Assembly (NCBI GenBank): GCA_047602405.1
Contig: JASGHJ010000001.1
Span: 1,088,001-1,152,000 of the forward strand
Source of the DNA: Anaeromyxobacteraceae bacterium
GTDB taxonomy: Bacteria; Myxococcota; Myxococcia; Myxococcales; Anaeromyxobacteraceae
DNA: 64,000 bases
Reading direction: 5' to 3'
In this document: positions 17,381 through 28,195 of the stretch, one piece after another
Position numbering within the stretch: position 1 is the first letter of the stretch
Layout of the letters: each line of letters opens with the position of its first letter
Program-made: the position numbers and the translations under genes
Notes under the pieces: generated by a model
The model's database searches: none
What the model saw: only the letters and a program-made list of their open reading frames with translations
What the model was told of the DNA's origin: nothing

Positions 17381-18876
17381 GGGACCGTGAAGGAATGGCC
17401 CGGCGGTAGCGGAGGCGGCTCCCGGGCTGGCCGTCGCGGGCGGTGGGCGGGGTGAGAGGCCGACGACGGCCCTCACGCCTGTGGGCGGGATTCGTCGAGG
17501 ACGATCGATCGGCTTCGCCCGATGTCAGGTCGCCGCGCTCGCGGCGACGACCCGCAGGAGGTTGAAGGTCAGGGCGGCGAGCAGCACAACCGTCTTCACT
17601 TTCACGATGCCGCGGACCTTGAGGCGATCGAGCCCTCGGTGTCCTCGAAGATCGGCGTTGGTCCGTTCGGCGAGCACGCCACGCTGGACGTAGATGCGCT
17701 TCGCATCCTCGGTTCCCATCCGGACGCGCCAGGCGGCTACGTTCGGTGTGTCGCCGCGCTTGGGGGCGTACCGGTCTACGGTGTCGTTCTTCGGCTTGGG
17801 GGTCGGCGCGTAGATCGTGGCGCCGCGGTGCGAGACGACCTCGATGTTCTCGAGGCTCGTGAAGCCGCCATCCACCAGGTACTCGTCCGGCACCTTGCCT
17901 GTGCGCCGCTCGATCTCATCGAGCATCGGCACGACGTGGGGTTGGTCCGTCCCGTGGTTCGTCACGTCGACGCCCACGATGATCCCGCTCTCGTCGGTTG
18001 CGAGCTGGACGTTGTATGCGGGCCGGAAGCCACCGTCCGCCATCTTCATCACCCTGCTCTCGGCGTCCGTCGTGCTGACGCGGATCTCCTTGCGCCGCTT
18101 GGCCTCGGAAGGCTTCCTCGCGTCGCGCTCCGCACGATCCCGCTCGATGATCGGCAGTTCCTTCAAGGCCGCCTCGATCGCGGCCTGGCGAGCCGTCGCC
18201 GCGCGCTCCTTCGCGGCCGAGACCCGCTTCGACGACGCGGACGGGTCCGACTCGATCTCTCGGCGCAGCTTACGAACCTGTTGCTCCGCCTCGTCGCGGC
18301 AGCGCTCCAGGGACTGCCGCCGCCGAAAACTCGCTGCACCAGCGCTCGCTCGGACCTTCATCCCGTCCTGCGCGACACGCCGCAACTTCACCACGCCTTC
18401 CTTCATGAGGACGGCGAGCACCTGGGTCAAAAGGCCATCGAGCTTCTTCCCGTGGTCCACGCGGAAGTCCGCGAGCGTGTGGTAGTTCACCGGGACTCCG
18501 CCGCAGATCCACCGATACGGAGCATCCCGGACGCAGAGCTGCTCCAGCAGCCGCGCGCTACCGACACCCTCCGAGTTCGCGAACAGCCACAAGGCGAGCA
18601 TCACGGCGGGATCCGTGGCGGGGCGCCCAGCGATGCTGCCTCGCGCGCGGATCTCGTCGTAGAACGCCGACAGGTCGAGGCGCTCGACCATGGCCCAGAT
18701 CCCACGCACCGGGTGGTCGTCGGGCACCATCGCCTCGAGGTCCGTCGGCTGCAACGCCAGCTGATTCCGGACCGGCCTCAGCACTCGCGGCGCGTCGTCG
18801 TCGCTCACGCCACCAGAAGATCACGGCCAGGGGGCCCCAGTCCATGGGACACCCCGGCCGATTCCTTCACGCTCTC
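17381..18876 (-). mobile_element. IS1182-family insertion sequence (1496 bp)
   Basis: Imperfect terminal IRs GGGACCGTGAAGGAAT (17381-17396) and reverse complement GAGAGCGTGAAGGAAT (18861-18876); TCA on both flanks; single transposase. Confidence 0.88.
17525..18808 (-). CDS. IS1182-family DDE transposase
   Basis: VPDDHPVR, GRPATDPAVML, NYHTLADFR (DUF772-like N-terminus), AQDGMKVRASA, STTDAESRVMK, PAYNVQ, LVDGGF. Confidence 0.92.
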   Translation of the reverse strand: MSDDDAPRVLRPVRNQLALQPTDLEAMVPDDHPVRGIWAMVERLDLSAFYDEIRARGSIAGRPATDPAVMLALWLFANSEGVGSARLLEQLCVRDAPYRWICGGVPVNYHTLADFRVDHGKKLDGLLTQVLAVLMKEGVVKLRRVAQDGMKVRASAGAASFRRRQSLERCRDEAEQQVRKLRREIESDPSASSKRVSAAKERAATARQAAIEAALKELPIIERDRAERDARKPSEAKRRKEIRVSTTDAESRVMKMADGGFRPAYNVQLATDESGIIVGVDVTNHGTDQPHVVPMLDEIERRTGKVPDEYLVDGGFTSLENIEVVSHRGATIYAPTPKPKNDTVDRYAPKRGDTPNVAAWRVRMGTEDAKRIYVQRGVLAERTNADLRGHRGLDRLKVRGIVKVKTVVLLAALTFNLLRVVAASAAT

Positions 18877-20481
<1,605 letters not shown>

Positions 20482-20498
20482 ATCGCCTGGTCTAGCAC

Positions 20499-20515
20499 CC
20501 GTATCCTGTCAGATA
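20499..20515. promoter_or_regulatory. Putative RtcR binding site in rtcR-rtcB intergenic region
   Basis: CCGTATCCTGTCAGATA containing inverted TATC-N6-GATA, about 80 bp upstream of the sigma54 core. Confidence 0.55.
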
Positions 20516-20580
20516 AAGTCGGTTGGCGCCGAGGGACCGCTTGTCCCGGGAACCGCGCGTAGAATCAGGGAGAACGCACC

Positions 20581-20598
20581 TGGCACGCCCGCTGCTCT
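20581..20598 (+). promoter_or_regulatory. sigma54 (-24/-12) promoter of rtcBA
   Basis: TGGCACGCCCGCTGCTCT, identical to 15329-15346; divergent from rtcR. Confidence 0.88.
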
Positions 20599-20608
20599 CT
20601 AGGCTGGC

Positions 20609-21859
20609 ATGGAGACCGCCATCACCGAGACGCGCGAGCGCACCCACGAGGTCCAGGACGTGCCGGGGGGCGTGCCGGTCCGCTCCTGGACCCTGGGCGT
20701 CCAGTTCGAGGAGAAGGCGCGCGAGCAGGTCCTGCGCGTCGCCGCGATGCCGTTCGTGCACCCCTGGGTGGCCGTGATGCCCGACGTGCACGCAGGGATC
20801 GGCGCCACGGTCGGCTCGGTCATCCCGACGGCGGGCGCGATCATCCCGGCTGCGGTCGGGGTCGACATCGGCTGCGGGATGATGGCGGTGCGGACCACGC
20901 TCACCGCTGCCGATCTCCCCGCCGACCTGAGGCCGCTCCGCGAGACGATCGAGCGCGCGGTCCCCCACGGTCGGACGAACCACGGCGCTCGCGGCGACAA
21001 GGGCGCGTGGCACAACCCGCCCGAGCGCGTGACCGCGGCCTGGGCACGCCTCGAGCCGGGGTACCAGACGCTCGTCGCGCGGGTGCGCAAGCTCGATCGC
21101 GGCGCGACGCTCGAGCACCTGGGGACGCTCGGGACGGGGAACCACTTCATCGAGGTGAACCTCGACGAGGCGGCGCAGGTCTGGTTCATGCTGCATTCCG
21201 GCTCGCGGGGGGTCGGGAACCGCATCGGCACGGACTACATCGAGCTCGCGAAGCGGGAGGCGAAGCGCTGGTACCTCGACCTTCCCGATCCCGACCTCGC
21301 GTACTTTCCGGAAGGCACGGAGCTCTTCGAGGACTACCTGCGCGCGGTGACCTGGGCGCAGGAGTACGCGGCGACGAACCGCGAGCTCATGATGGAGGCG
21401 GTCGTGGAGACGCTGAAGCGCTGCGGGCGTCTCCCGCCGTTCGAGCTCGAGGGAGCGCGCGTGAACTGCCACCACAACTACGTGGCGCGCGAGAGGCACT
21501 ACGGGAAGAGCGTCCTCGTGACCCGCAAGGGCGCCGTGCGGGCCGGCCCCGGTGACCTCGGGATCATCCCGGGCTCGATGGGGGCGCGGTCGTACATCAC
21601 CCGCGGGCTCGGGAACCCGGAGGCGTTCATGAGCTCGAGCCACGGAGCGGGCCGGGCGATGTCTCGCACCGCGGCGAAGAAGGCATTCACCCTCGAGGAC
21701 CACGCCCGCGCCACCGCGGCCGTGGAGTGCCGCAAGGACGCCGAGGTGATCGACGAGACGCCGGCGGCGTACAAGCCCATCGACGCCGTGATGCACGCGC
21801 AGCGCGACCTCGTCGAGGTCGTCCACACGCTGCGCCAGGTGATCTGCGTGAAGGGATAG
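20609..21859 (+). CDS. rtcB: RNA ligase RtcB
   Basis: MPDVHAGIGATVG, VGVDIGCG, LGTLGTGNHFIE, HSGSRG, CHHNY, RKGA, IPGSMG, HGAGR, DETPAAYK. Confidence 0.98.
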   Translation: METAITETRERTHEVQDVPGGVPVRSWTLGVQFEEKAREQVLRVAAMPFVHPWVAVMPDVHAGIGATVGSVIPTAGAIIPAAVGVDIGCGMMAVRTTLTAADLPADLRPLRETIERAVPHGRTNHGARGDKGAWHNPPERVTAAWARLEPGYQTLVARVRKLDRGATLEHLGTLGTGNHFIEVNLDEAAQVWFMLHSGSRGVGNRIGTDYIELAKREAKRWYLDLPDPDLAYFPEGTELFEDYLRAVTWAQEYAATNRELMMEAVVETLKRCGRLPPFELEGARVNCHHNYVARERHYGKSVLVTRKGAVRAGPGDLGIIPGSMGARSYITRGLGNPEAFMSSSHGAGRAMSRTAAKKAFTLEDHARATAAVECRKDAEVIDETPAAYKPIDAVMHAQRDLVEVVHTLRQVICVKG

Positions 21860-21862
21860 CCG

Positions 21863-22894
21863 ATGGCGACGCTCGAGATCGACGGGGCGCAGGGCGAGGG
21901 CGGGGGCCAGCTCCTCCGATCCTCGCTCGCCCTCTCCCTCGTCACCGGGACACCATTCCGCATCGTGAACATCCGCGCCGGGCGGCGCCGGCCGGGGTTG
22001 ATGCGCCAGCACCTGACGGCGGTCCTCGCGGCGGCCGAGGTGGGCCAGGCGCAGGTGTCCGGCGCGGACATCGGATCTCGCGAGCTCACCTTCGAGCCCG
22101 GCGCGGTCCGCCCTGGCGAGTACGCCTTCTCCGTGGGCACCGCCGGCAGCGCGACGCTCGTCCTCCAGACCGTGCTTCCCGCGCTCGCGCTCGCGAAGGG
22201 CCGCTCGAGCGTCACCGTGGAGGGTGGCACCCACAACCCGATGGCGCCGCCGTTCGACTTCCTCGCCCGCGCCTTCCTGCCCCTCGTGTCGCGGATGGGC
22301 CCGCGGTTCGAGGCGGTCCTCGACCAGCCGGGCTTCTATCCGGCCGGGGGCGGCCGCCTGCGGGTGGCCATCGAGCCGGCGGCGGGCTTCGGCCGGCTCG
22401 AGCTGCGCGAGCGCGGGGAGGTGAAGGCCCGACGGGCGACAGCGGTCGTCGTGATTCTGTCGCGCACGATCGCGGAGCGCGAGCTCGCGGCCGTGCGCCA
22501 GCGGCTCGGCTGGGAGGAGTCCGCGCTCCGGATCGAGTCGGTCGGGAGGGCGGCAGGGCCGGGAAACGTCGTGACGGTCGAGGTCGAGAGCGAGCACGTG
22601 ACCGAGGTCTTCACCGCCTTCGGCGAGCGCGGCGTGTCGGCGGAGCGCGTGGGGTCCACGGTCGCCGACGAGGCGGCGGCGTACCTCGCGGCGGGCGTGC
22701 CGGTGGGGCCACACCTAGCCGACCAGCTCCTCCTCCCCATGGCGCTCGGCGAGGGCGGCGTGTTCCGCACGCAGCGCCTCACCGGCCACACGCGCACGCA
22801 CATCGCGCTGCTCCGGGCGTTCCTCGGCGCCGAGATCCAGGTGCGCGAGCTGGGGGACGCCGTGCGGGAGCTCGAGGTGCCCCCACGGAGATGA
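21863..22894 (+). CDS. rtcA: RNA 3'-terminal phosphate cyclase RtcA
   Basis: IDGAQGEGGGQLLR, IRAGRRRPGLMRQH, GTAGSATLVLQ, GGTHNP, GFYPAGGG, HLADQL, TGH. Confidence 0.97.
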   Translation: MATLEIDGAQGEGGGQLLRSSLALSLVTGTPFRIVNIRAGRRRPGLMRQHLTAVLAAAEVGQAQVSGADIGSRELTFEPGAVRPGEYAFSVGTAGSATLVLQTVLPALALAKGRSSVTVEGGTHNPMAPPFDFLARAFLPLVSRMGPRFEAVLDQPGFYPAGGGRLRVAIEPAAGFGRLELRERGEVKARRATAVVVILSRTIAERELAAVRQRLGWEESALRIESVGRAAGPGNVVTVEVESEHVTEVFTAFGERGVSAERVGSTVADEAAAYLAAGVPVGPHLADQLLLPMALGEGGVFRTQRLTGHTRTHIALLRAFLGAEIQVRELGDAVRELEVPPRR

Positions 22895-22950
22895 GGGGCA
22901 ATTGCCTGCTGGAGCCGCGAGGGCGCGGCGCGGCCTCGCCGTCCGGCCGC

Positions 22951-23511
22951 TCACGCCTCCCGCGCCACCGCCACCCCGACCTTCCGCCCCGCGACCGCCC
23001 TGACCGCGAGCACCGCCCCGTGGGCCCCCGCGGCGACGAGCACCGAGACGAGCAACCCGGGCTGGTTCACCATCAGGAAGAGCGTCGCGATGCCGTTCGC
23101 GAGCAGCGCGTCGGCGCCGCGGTTCCAAGGCGCCGCGTGCCGGAGGGCGTCGAGCGCCGGCGGGATCGGGCCGCGGGGCGCCGCGACGGCGGCCGCGGCG
23201 AGCTGCTTGCCGGCGCGCGCGACGATGGCCATCGCGATGACCGCGCTCGCGACGAAGAGCGCCGCGGAGACCTCGAGCCAGCCCTCGCCCCAGCGGCCCT
23301 CGGCGAGCCAGAGGCCGGTCGCGAGGACCACGAGCGACGCGAGCGGGTTCAGCTTCGCGGAGTCGCGCGCGAAGCCGAGCCAGGGCAAGAGCGCCTCGAC
23401 GGTGGGCGCGCGCTTCACGGCCGCGTGGACGAGCGGCGAGGCGAGGCCGTGGCCGACGAGCGCGGTCGCGCCGAGGATGTGGAGGAAGACGACGATGGTG
23501 AACGGGCTCAT
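22951..23511 (-). CDS. 4-TM membrane protein (DUF2269-like)
   Basis: FLHILGA N-terminal motif, TGLWL, C-terminal FLMVNQP. Confidence 0.6.
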   Translation of the reverse strand: MSPFTIVVFLHILGATALVGHGLASPLVHAAVKRAPTVEALLPWLGFARDSAKLNPLASLVVLATGLWLAEGRWGEGWLEVSAALFVASAVIAMAIVARAGKQLAAAAVAAPRGPIPPALDALRHAAPWNRGADALLANGIATLFLMVNQPGLLVSVLVAAGAHGAVLAVRAVAGRKVGVAVAREA

Positions 23512-23697
23512 CTCGAGGGACCTCGCAGGGGAACGGGTTTCGGTGTGGCGAGGTCTACGCCTCTCCCGGCGGGCGATTTCCTCAGAGCTCGCTCGCGGAA
23601 CCTTAAGAATTCCCTATCCGGGACCCGCCCGGGGCCGTCACGTGGCGGGCCGAGACCGGTTCCGTCTTCGGGCCTCGTGTGGCCCGGGGGATCTCGC

Positions 23698-24363
23698 ATG
23701 GCTCATCGAAGGTCGATCGCGCTCGCCGCCGCCGCGTGGGCCGTCCTCGCCTCGCCTCTCGTCGCGCGCGGCGAGGAGTACGACTGGCTCACGCTCCAGG
23801 CCGGGAAGTTCACCGGCCACTCCAGCACCACCGGGGACCGGGACCTCACCCAGACGCAGTTCGGCGTGCGCCTGCACACCGGGATCGGGGACACGCCCTT
23901 CTGGGAGAACGTGAGCGAGGTCGCGGTCCTGAAGTGCCAGTCGGGCTGGTTCGCCGACTTCGACTTCCTCGCCACCTGGCAGTTCAACGTGGGCAGCCTG
24001 TGGCTCCAGCCCGCGATGTCGGTGGGGATTCCGATCGGGATGGTCGGCAACCCCTACTACTTCAGCGGCTGGGACGTCACCTGGGGTGGAGGCCTCACCG
24101 CCCGCATGCCCGTGGGACCGCTGAAGCTCGAGGCGCGCGGGCAGGCGTCCTTCAACTTCCTCTCGTACCTCTCGAAGCTCAACGGCGACCCGTACGACGC
24201 CGGCGGCGACGGCCGGCCCGGGCCCCACGGCGCCATGCTGCTCTACCGGGTCGTCGCCGCGGCCTGGATCCCGCTCGGCCGGCAGGAGCTGCGCCTCGAG
24301 GTCCGGCGCGACAGCTTCAACAAGTTCCGGATGACCGGGGCCAGCCTCGGCATGGCGTTCTAG
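23698..24363 (+). CDS. Hypothetical exported beta-barrel-like protein
   Basis: Signal peptide, alternating beta-strand pattern, C-terminal Phe. Confidence 0.55.
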   Translation: MAHRRSIALAAAAWAVLASPLVARGEEYDWLTLQAGKFTGHSSTTGDRDLTQTQFGVRLHTGIGDTPFWENVSEVAVLKCQSGWFADFDFLATWQFNVGSLWLQPAMSVGIPIGMVGNPYYFSGWDVTWGGGLTARMPVGPLKLEARGQASFNFLSYLSKLNGDPYDAGGDGRPGPHGAMLLYRVVAAAWIPLGRQELRLEVRRDSFNKFRMTGASLGMAF

Positions 24364-24399
24364 ACCGGGAGTCCGGTAGGCTCCTCCGAGGAGCCCGCC

Positions 24400-24789
24400 A
24401 TGACGAACCGGACCTCGCTCGCGCTCCTCCTCGCGCTCGCCGCCCCGGGCTGCATCGAGTCCGAGACCGCGTGCGACTGCGCGCCGTGCCCCCCGCCGTA
24501 CGCGACCGTGAGCGTCTCGGACGCGGCGACGGGCGGCCCGGTCGCGGGCGCGAGCGTCATGGGCGGCGGCGTGGCCTGGCTCTGCGCGCCGGACGCGGGC
24601 AAGACGCTCTGCACGCCCGCCGGTCCGCTCGAGGGCGGGGCGCCCATCGCGCTCACCGTGAGCGCGCCCGGCTACGCGCCGGGCGGCACCGCGGTCGTCG
24701 CCACGTATCCGCACCCCACGCGCGGCACCTGCTGCGGCGGGTGCGCGACCTACGCGGCGGCGCCGGTCGCGCTGCAGGCGCTCCCGTGA
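24400..24789 (+). CDS. Cys-rich hypothetical lipoprotein
   Basis: GAGGAG RBS, lipobox APGC, CDCAPC and CCGGC clusters. Confidence 0.6.
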   Translation: MTNRTSLALLLALAAPGCIESETACDCAPCPPPYATVSVSDAATGGPVAGASVMGGGVAWLCAPDAGKTLCTPAGPLEGGAPIALTVSAPGYAPGGTAVVATYPHPTRGTCCGGCATYAAAPVALQALP

Positions 24790-25316
24790 GCGCGCGGCCG
24801 AACCCGGCGCTCGAGGCCGCGCTCTGGTACGCCGTGGCCGGGCTGGCGGGGTGGCTCGCCCATGGCTGGGCGCCGGCGCAGCCCGACGCGGCCGCGCTCG
24901 GCCTCGCGGCGTCCCTCGCCTGCCAGGCCGCGTTCGTGCTCGCGTCGCTGGCGCTTCAGCGCCTCCTCGGCGGCCCCGGTCCCGTGCGCCGGGGCCTGCT
25001 CGTCGGGCTGGCGCTCCTCTCGGCGCCGGTCGTCTTCGCGGCCGGGCCGCACGCCGCCGCGATCCCCTGGGGCGCCTGGCTCGTCGCCCTCGGCGCGCTC
25101 GCGCGCCGCGCCGGCCTCGCGACACGGGGCCTCGTCGCGCTCCTCTGGCTCGGCGGTCTCGCCCAGGCCGTGGACGGGCTCCTCTCGCTGCGCGTGCCGG
25201 ACACCGCCATCCTGGTGGCGCCGCTCCTCGGCCTCGCGATCGGCGCCGGACAGCTCACGGTCCTCGCCTGGCTCCTCTGGCTCGGACTCCGCGCGCGTCG
25301 CGACCCGGCGACCTGA
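24786..25316 (+). CDS. Hypothetical integral membrane protein
   Basis: GTGA overlap with upstream stop; multiple hydrophobic segments. Confidence 0.5.
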   Translation: MSARPNPALEAALWYAVAGLAGWLAHGWAPAQPDAAALGLAASLACQAAFVLASLALQRLLGGPGPVRRGLLVGLALLSAPVVFAAGPHAAAIPWGAWLVALGALARRAGLATRGLVALLWLGGLAQAVDGLLSLRVPDTAILVAPLLGLAIGAGQLTVLAWLLWLGLRARRDPAT

Positions 25317-25442
25317 CCCGGTCGCCACCCCCGAGGCCCGAGTCCGGCCACCCGCAGTGGACCCCATCGGGCCGGCGGGGCCGTGTCGATCGGGTTGCGT
25401 CCCGCCCGACGTACGGGCACACGACGCAGCCTGGGAGCCACC

Positions 25443-26024
25443 ATGCGAAAGCTCATCGTTCACGAGTTCATGACGCTCGACGGCGTCATGCAGGCGCCGG
25501 GCGGCGAGGACGAGGACCGCGACGGCGGATTCACGCACGGCGGCTGGGTCGCCCGGAGCTTCCACGAGGAGATCGGGAAGACCTTCGGAGGGCTGATGCA
25601 GGGCGTGGACGCCTTCCTGCTCGGCCGGCGGACCTACCTCGGCCACGCCGGCGCCTTCGAGCCGATGCCGGCCGGCGACTTCTTCGGCGACCTCATGAAC
25701 GCGCCCAGGAAGTACGTCGTCTCGAGGACGATCGAGAAGCCGACCTGGCGCGACACGACCATCGTCCGCGAGGATCCGGTCGCCTTCACCCGCACGCTCA
25801 AGACGCAGCCGGGCGGCACCATCCTCATCGACGGCTCGAGCCCGCTCGTCCACGCGCTCCTCGGGGCGAACCTCGTGGACGAGCTCCACCTGACGACGTT
25901 CCCGCTGGTGCTCGGCCAGGGGAAGCGCGTCTTCCCGGCGGGCTGGAGCGGGACGCTCACGCTCGAGGCGGCGCGGCCGTATCCGAACGGCGCGGTCCAC
26001 CTGCACTACCGGTCGACGCGCTGA
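25443..26024 (+). CDS. Dihydrofolate reductase-like (RibD C-terminal domain) protein
   Basis: MRKLIVHEFMTLDGVMQAPG, LLGRRTY, KYVVSRT, LVDELHL..FPLVLGQGKRVF. Confidence 0.9.
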   Translation: MRKLIVHEFMTLDGVMQAPGGEDEDRDGGFTHGGWVARSFHEEIGKTFGGLMQGVDAFLLGRRTYLGHAGAFEPMPAGDFFGDLMNAPRKYVVSRTIEKPTWRDTTIVREDPVAFTRTLKTQPGGTILIDGSSPLVHALLGANLVDELHLTTFPLVLGQGKRVFPAGWSGTLTLEAARPYPNGAVHLHYRSTR

Positions 26025-26109
26025 CGGGCGGGCGGACGCGAGGCCGCCCGATGGTGCGACGCGCCATCGCGGGAACGAGCGCCGGGTCCGGCCCGGACGG
26101 ACCGTAAGC

Positions 26110-26553
26110 GTGCCGGGTACTGGCGTGGGCGCCCACCTTGGATTACATCAGCCCGCCGTGTACATCCTCCGCCAGGAGCCGGGCGACGCGCTCGTGCTCG
26201 ACTCGATCGACGGCCACGCCGGGACCCGGCTGCGGATCGTCAACTTCGCCGGCTCCGAGGCGCCCGAGCTCGAGCTGCCCGCGCGCGGACGCTGTCCGGT
26301 CGCGCCGACGCTCCCGCCGATCCGCGCGCTGCGCATCCTGAAGCGCCCCGGGCTGCTCCGGACCTCGCTCACCGCGGACGGCACGCTCGAGGTGAGCGGC
26401 CGCCCCGAGCTGCTCGCGCTCTACGCCGAGGCCTTCACCTTCGCGCCGCACGCCGACGGCGACGAGCACGTCCCCGAGCACGCCTTCCGGGACATGCTCG
26501 AGGACGGCTCGCTCTCGGTCGTGGTCCGCGCCGAGGAGGACCTCGCGCGCTGA
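26110..26553 (+). CDS. Hypothetical protein, possibly immunity-protein-like (start may be GTG 26158)
   Basis: Host-like codon usage; LEVSGRPELL...DEHVP loosely resembles Imm32-type proteins. Confidence 0.45.
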   Translation: MPGTGVGAHLGLHQPAVYILRQEPGDALVLDSIDGHAGTRLRIVNFAGSEAPELELPARGRCPVAPTLPPIRALRILKRPGLLRTSLTADGTLEVSGRPELLALYAEAFTFAPHADGDEHVPEHAFRDMLEDGSLSVVVRAEEDLAR

Positions 26554-26561
26554 CCCCACGG

Positions 26562-27344
26562 GTGCCCACGCCCGCGCCCCTCGCGATCGAGGCCGTCGCC
26601 GCCCAGCTGCGCGCGCTCGGCGTGGCGCCCGGCGGTGTGCTCCTCGTGCACGCCTCCTTCCGCGCGGTGCGGCCGATCGAGGGGGGGCCGGCCGGGCTCC
26701 TCGAGGCGCTCCGCCGCGCGCTCGGCCCCGAGGGAACGCTGGTGCTGCCGTCGTGGACCGGCGAGGACGACGCGCCCTTCGACCCCGCGGCGACGCCCGC
26801 GGCCGGGGACCTCGGCGTGCTCGCCGACACGTTCTGGCGGCTGCCCGGCGTGACCCGGAGTGATCACCCGTTCGCGTTCGCGGCGGCGGGGCCCAGGGCA
26901 CGCGCGATCGTGGAGGGGCCGCTGCCGCTCCCGCCGCACGCCCCGGGCAGCCCGGTGGACCGGGTCCAGGAGGCCGGCGGGCAGGTGCTGCTCCTCGGCG
27001 TGGGCCACGACGCCGACACGACGCTCCACCTCGCGGAGCTGCTCGGCGGTGCGCCGTACCGGGTGCCCAGGCGGATCACGGTGCGCGAGGGTGGCCGGGT
27101 GCGGACGATCGCCTACGGCGAGAACGACTCCTGCTGCGCGCGGTTCGCGCTCGCGGACGGCTGGCTCCGCGCGCGGGGGGCGCAGGCCGAGGGGCCGGTC
27201 GGGCACGGCGTGGCCCGGCTCGCCCGCGCGCGCGACGTCCTGGCCGTCGCGCTCGAGGCGCTCGCCCGGGATCCGCTCGTCTTCCTGCACGCGCCCGGCG
27301 ACGGCTGCGCGGACTGCGACGCGGCGCGCGCGACGTCGCGCTGA
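26562..27344 (+). CDS. Aminoglycoside 3-N-acetyltransferase, AAC(3)-IV-like
   Basis: LGVAPGGVLLVHASFR, GTLVLPSW, DTFWRLP, HPFAFAAAGP, PLPLPPH, VLLLGVGHDADTTLHLAE, ENDSCC, C-terminal FLH..CxxCDAAR, collinear with AAC(3)-IVa as recalled. Confidence 0.9.
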   Translation: MPTPAPLAIEAVAAQLRALGVAPGGVLLVHASFRAVRPIEGGPAGLLEALRRALGPEGTLVLPSWTGEDDAPFDPAATPAAGDLGVLADTFWRLPGVTRSDHPFAFAAAGPRARAIVEGPLPLPPHAPGSPVDRVQEAGGQVLLLGVGHDADTTLHLAELLGGAPYRVPRRITVREGGRVRTIAYGENDSCCARFALADGWLRARGAQAEGPVGHGVARLARARDVLAVALEALARDPLVFLHAPGDGCADCDAARATSR

Positions 27345-27399
27345 CCGCGCGCGGAGTGGTGGACCCCGGCCGGCCTTCCGGGCGAACATGCCGCCCGCC

Positions 27400-28158
27400 A
27401 TGGCCTCCGAGGTCCCGACCGCGCTCGTCGTGCCCTGCTTCAACGAGGCCTCGCGCCTCGACGCCGGCGGGTTCGCGCGCCTCCTCGACCTCGCGCCGGC
27501 GCTCACGCTCTGGTTCGTCGACGACGGCTCCACCGATCGCACCGTGGACGTGCTCGAGCGAGCCGCGGCGCTCCGGCCGGGCCGGGCGCGGGTGCTGCGC
27601 CTCGAGCGGAACGGCGGGAAGGGCGAGGCGGTCCGGGCGGGCCTGCGGGCGGCGCTCGAGGCGGGCGCGGCGATCGTCGGCTACGCGGACGCGGACCTCT
27701 CGACGCCGCCCGAGGAGCTCGCCCGCCTCGCGGGGCTCGCCACGGCCTCGCGCGCGCAGGTCACGCTCGGCTCGCGCGTGCTGCTCCTCGGCCGTCACAT
27801 CGAGCGGCAGGCCTCGCGCCACTACCTCGGCCGCGTCTTCGCGACCGTGGCCTCCGTGGCGCTCGCGATCCCGGTCTACGACACGCAGTGCGGCGCGAAG
27901 TACTTCCGCGCCGGGCCCGCGCTCGACCGCGCGCTCGGCACCCCGTTCCGCACGCGCTGGGTGTTCGACGTGGAGCTCCTCGCGCGGCTGCTCCGCGGCG
28001 GCGGGCCTGCGCTCCGGGTCGAGGACCTCGTCGAGGAGCCGCTGCTCGCCTGGCGCGACGCGGGCGACTCGCGCCTGTCGGCGCTCGCGATGCTGCGCTC
28101 CGGGCTGCAGGTGATCGGGCTCGCGGTGAGGCTGCGCACCGGCGGCTCGCCGTTCTGA
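27400..28158 (+). CDS. Polyprenol-phosphate glycosyltransferase (GT2, DPM/DPG synthase-like)
   Basis: VVPCFNE, VDDGSTD, NGGKGEAVR, DADLST, YDTQCGAK, WVFDVELL. Confidence 0.9.
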   Translation: MASEVPTALVVPCFNEASRLDAGGFARLLDLAPALTLWFVDDGSTDRTVDVLERAAALRPGRARVLRLERNGGKGEAVRAGLRAALEAGAAIVGYADADLSTPPEELARLAGLATASRAQVTLGSRVLLLGRHIERQASRHYLGRVFATVASVALAIPVYDTQCGAKYFRAGPALDRALGTPFRTRWVFDVELLARLLRGGGPALRVEDLVEEPLLAWRDAGDSRLSALAMLRSGLQVIGLAVRLRTGGSPF

Positions 28159-28195
28159 GCTTCACGGGGAGCACGGCGCCCCCACCCCGGCAGCA

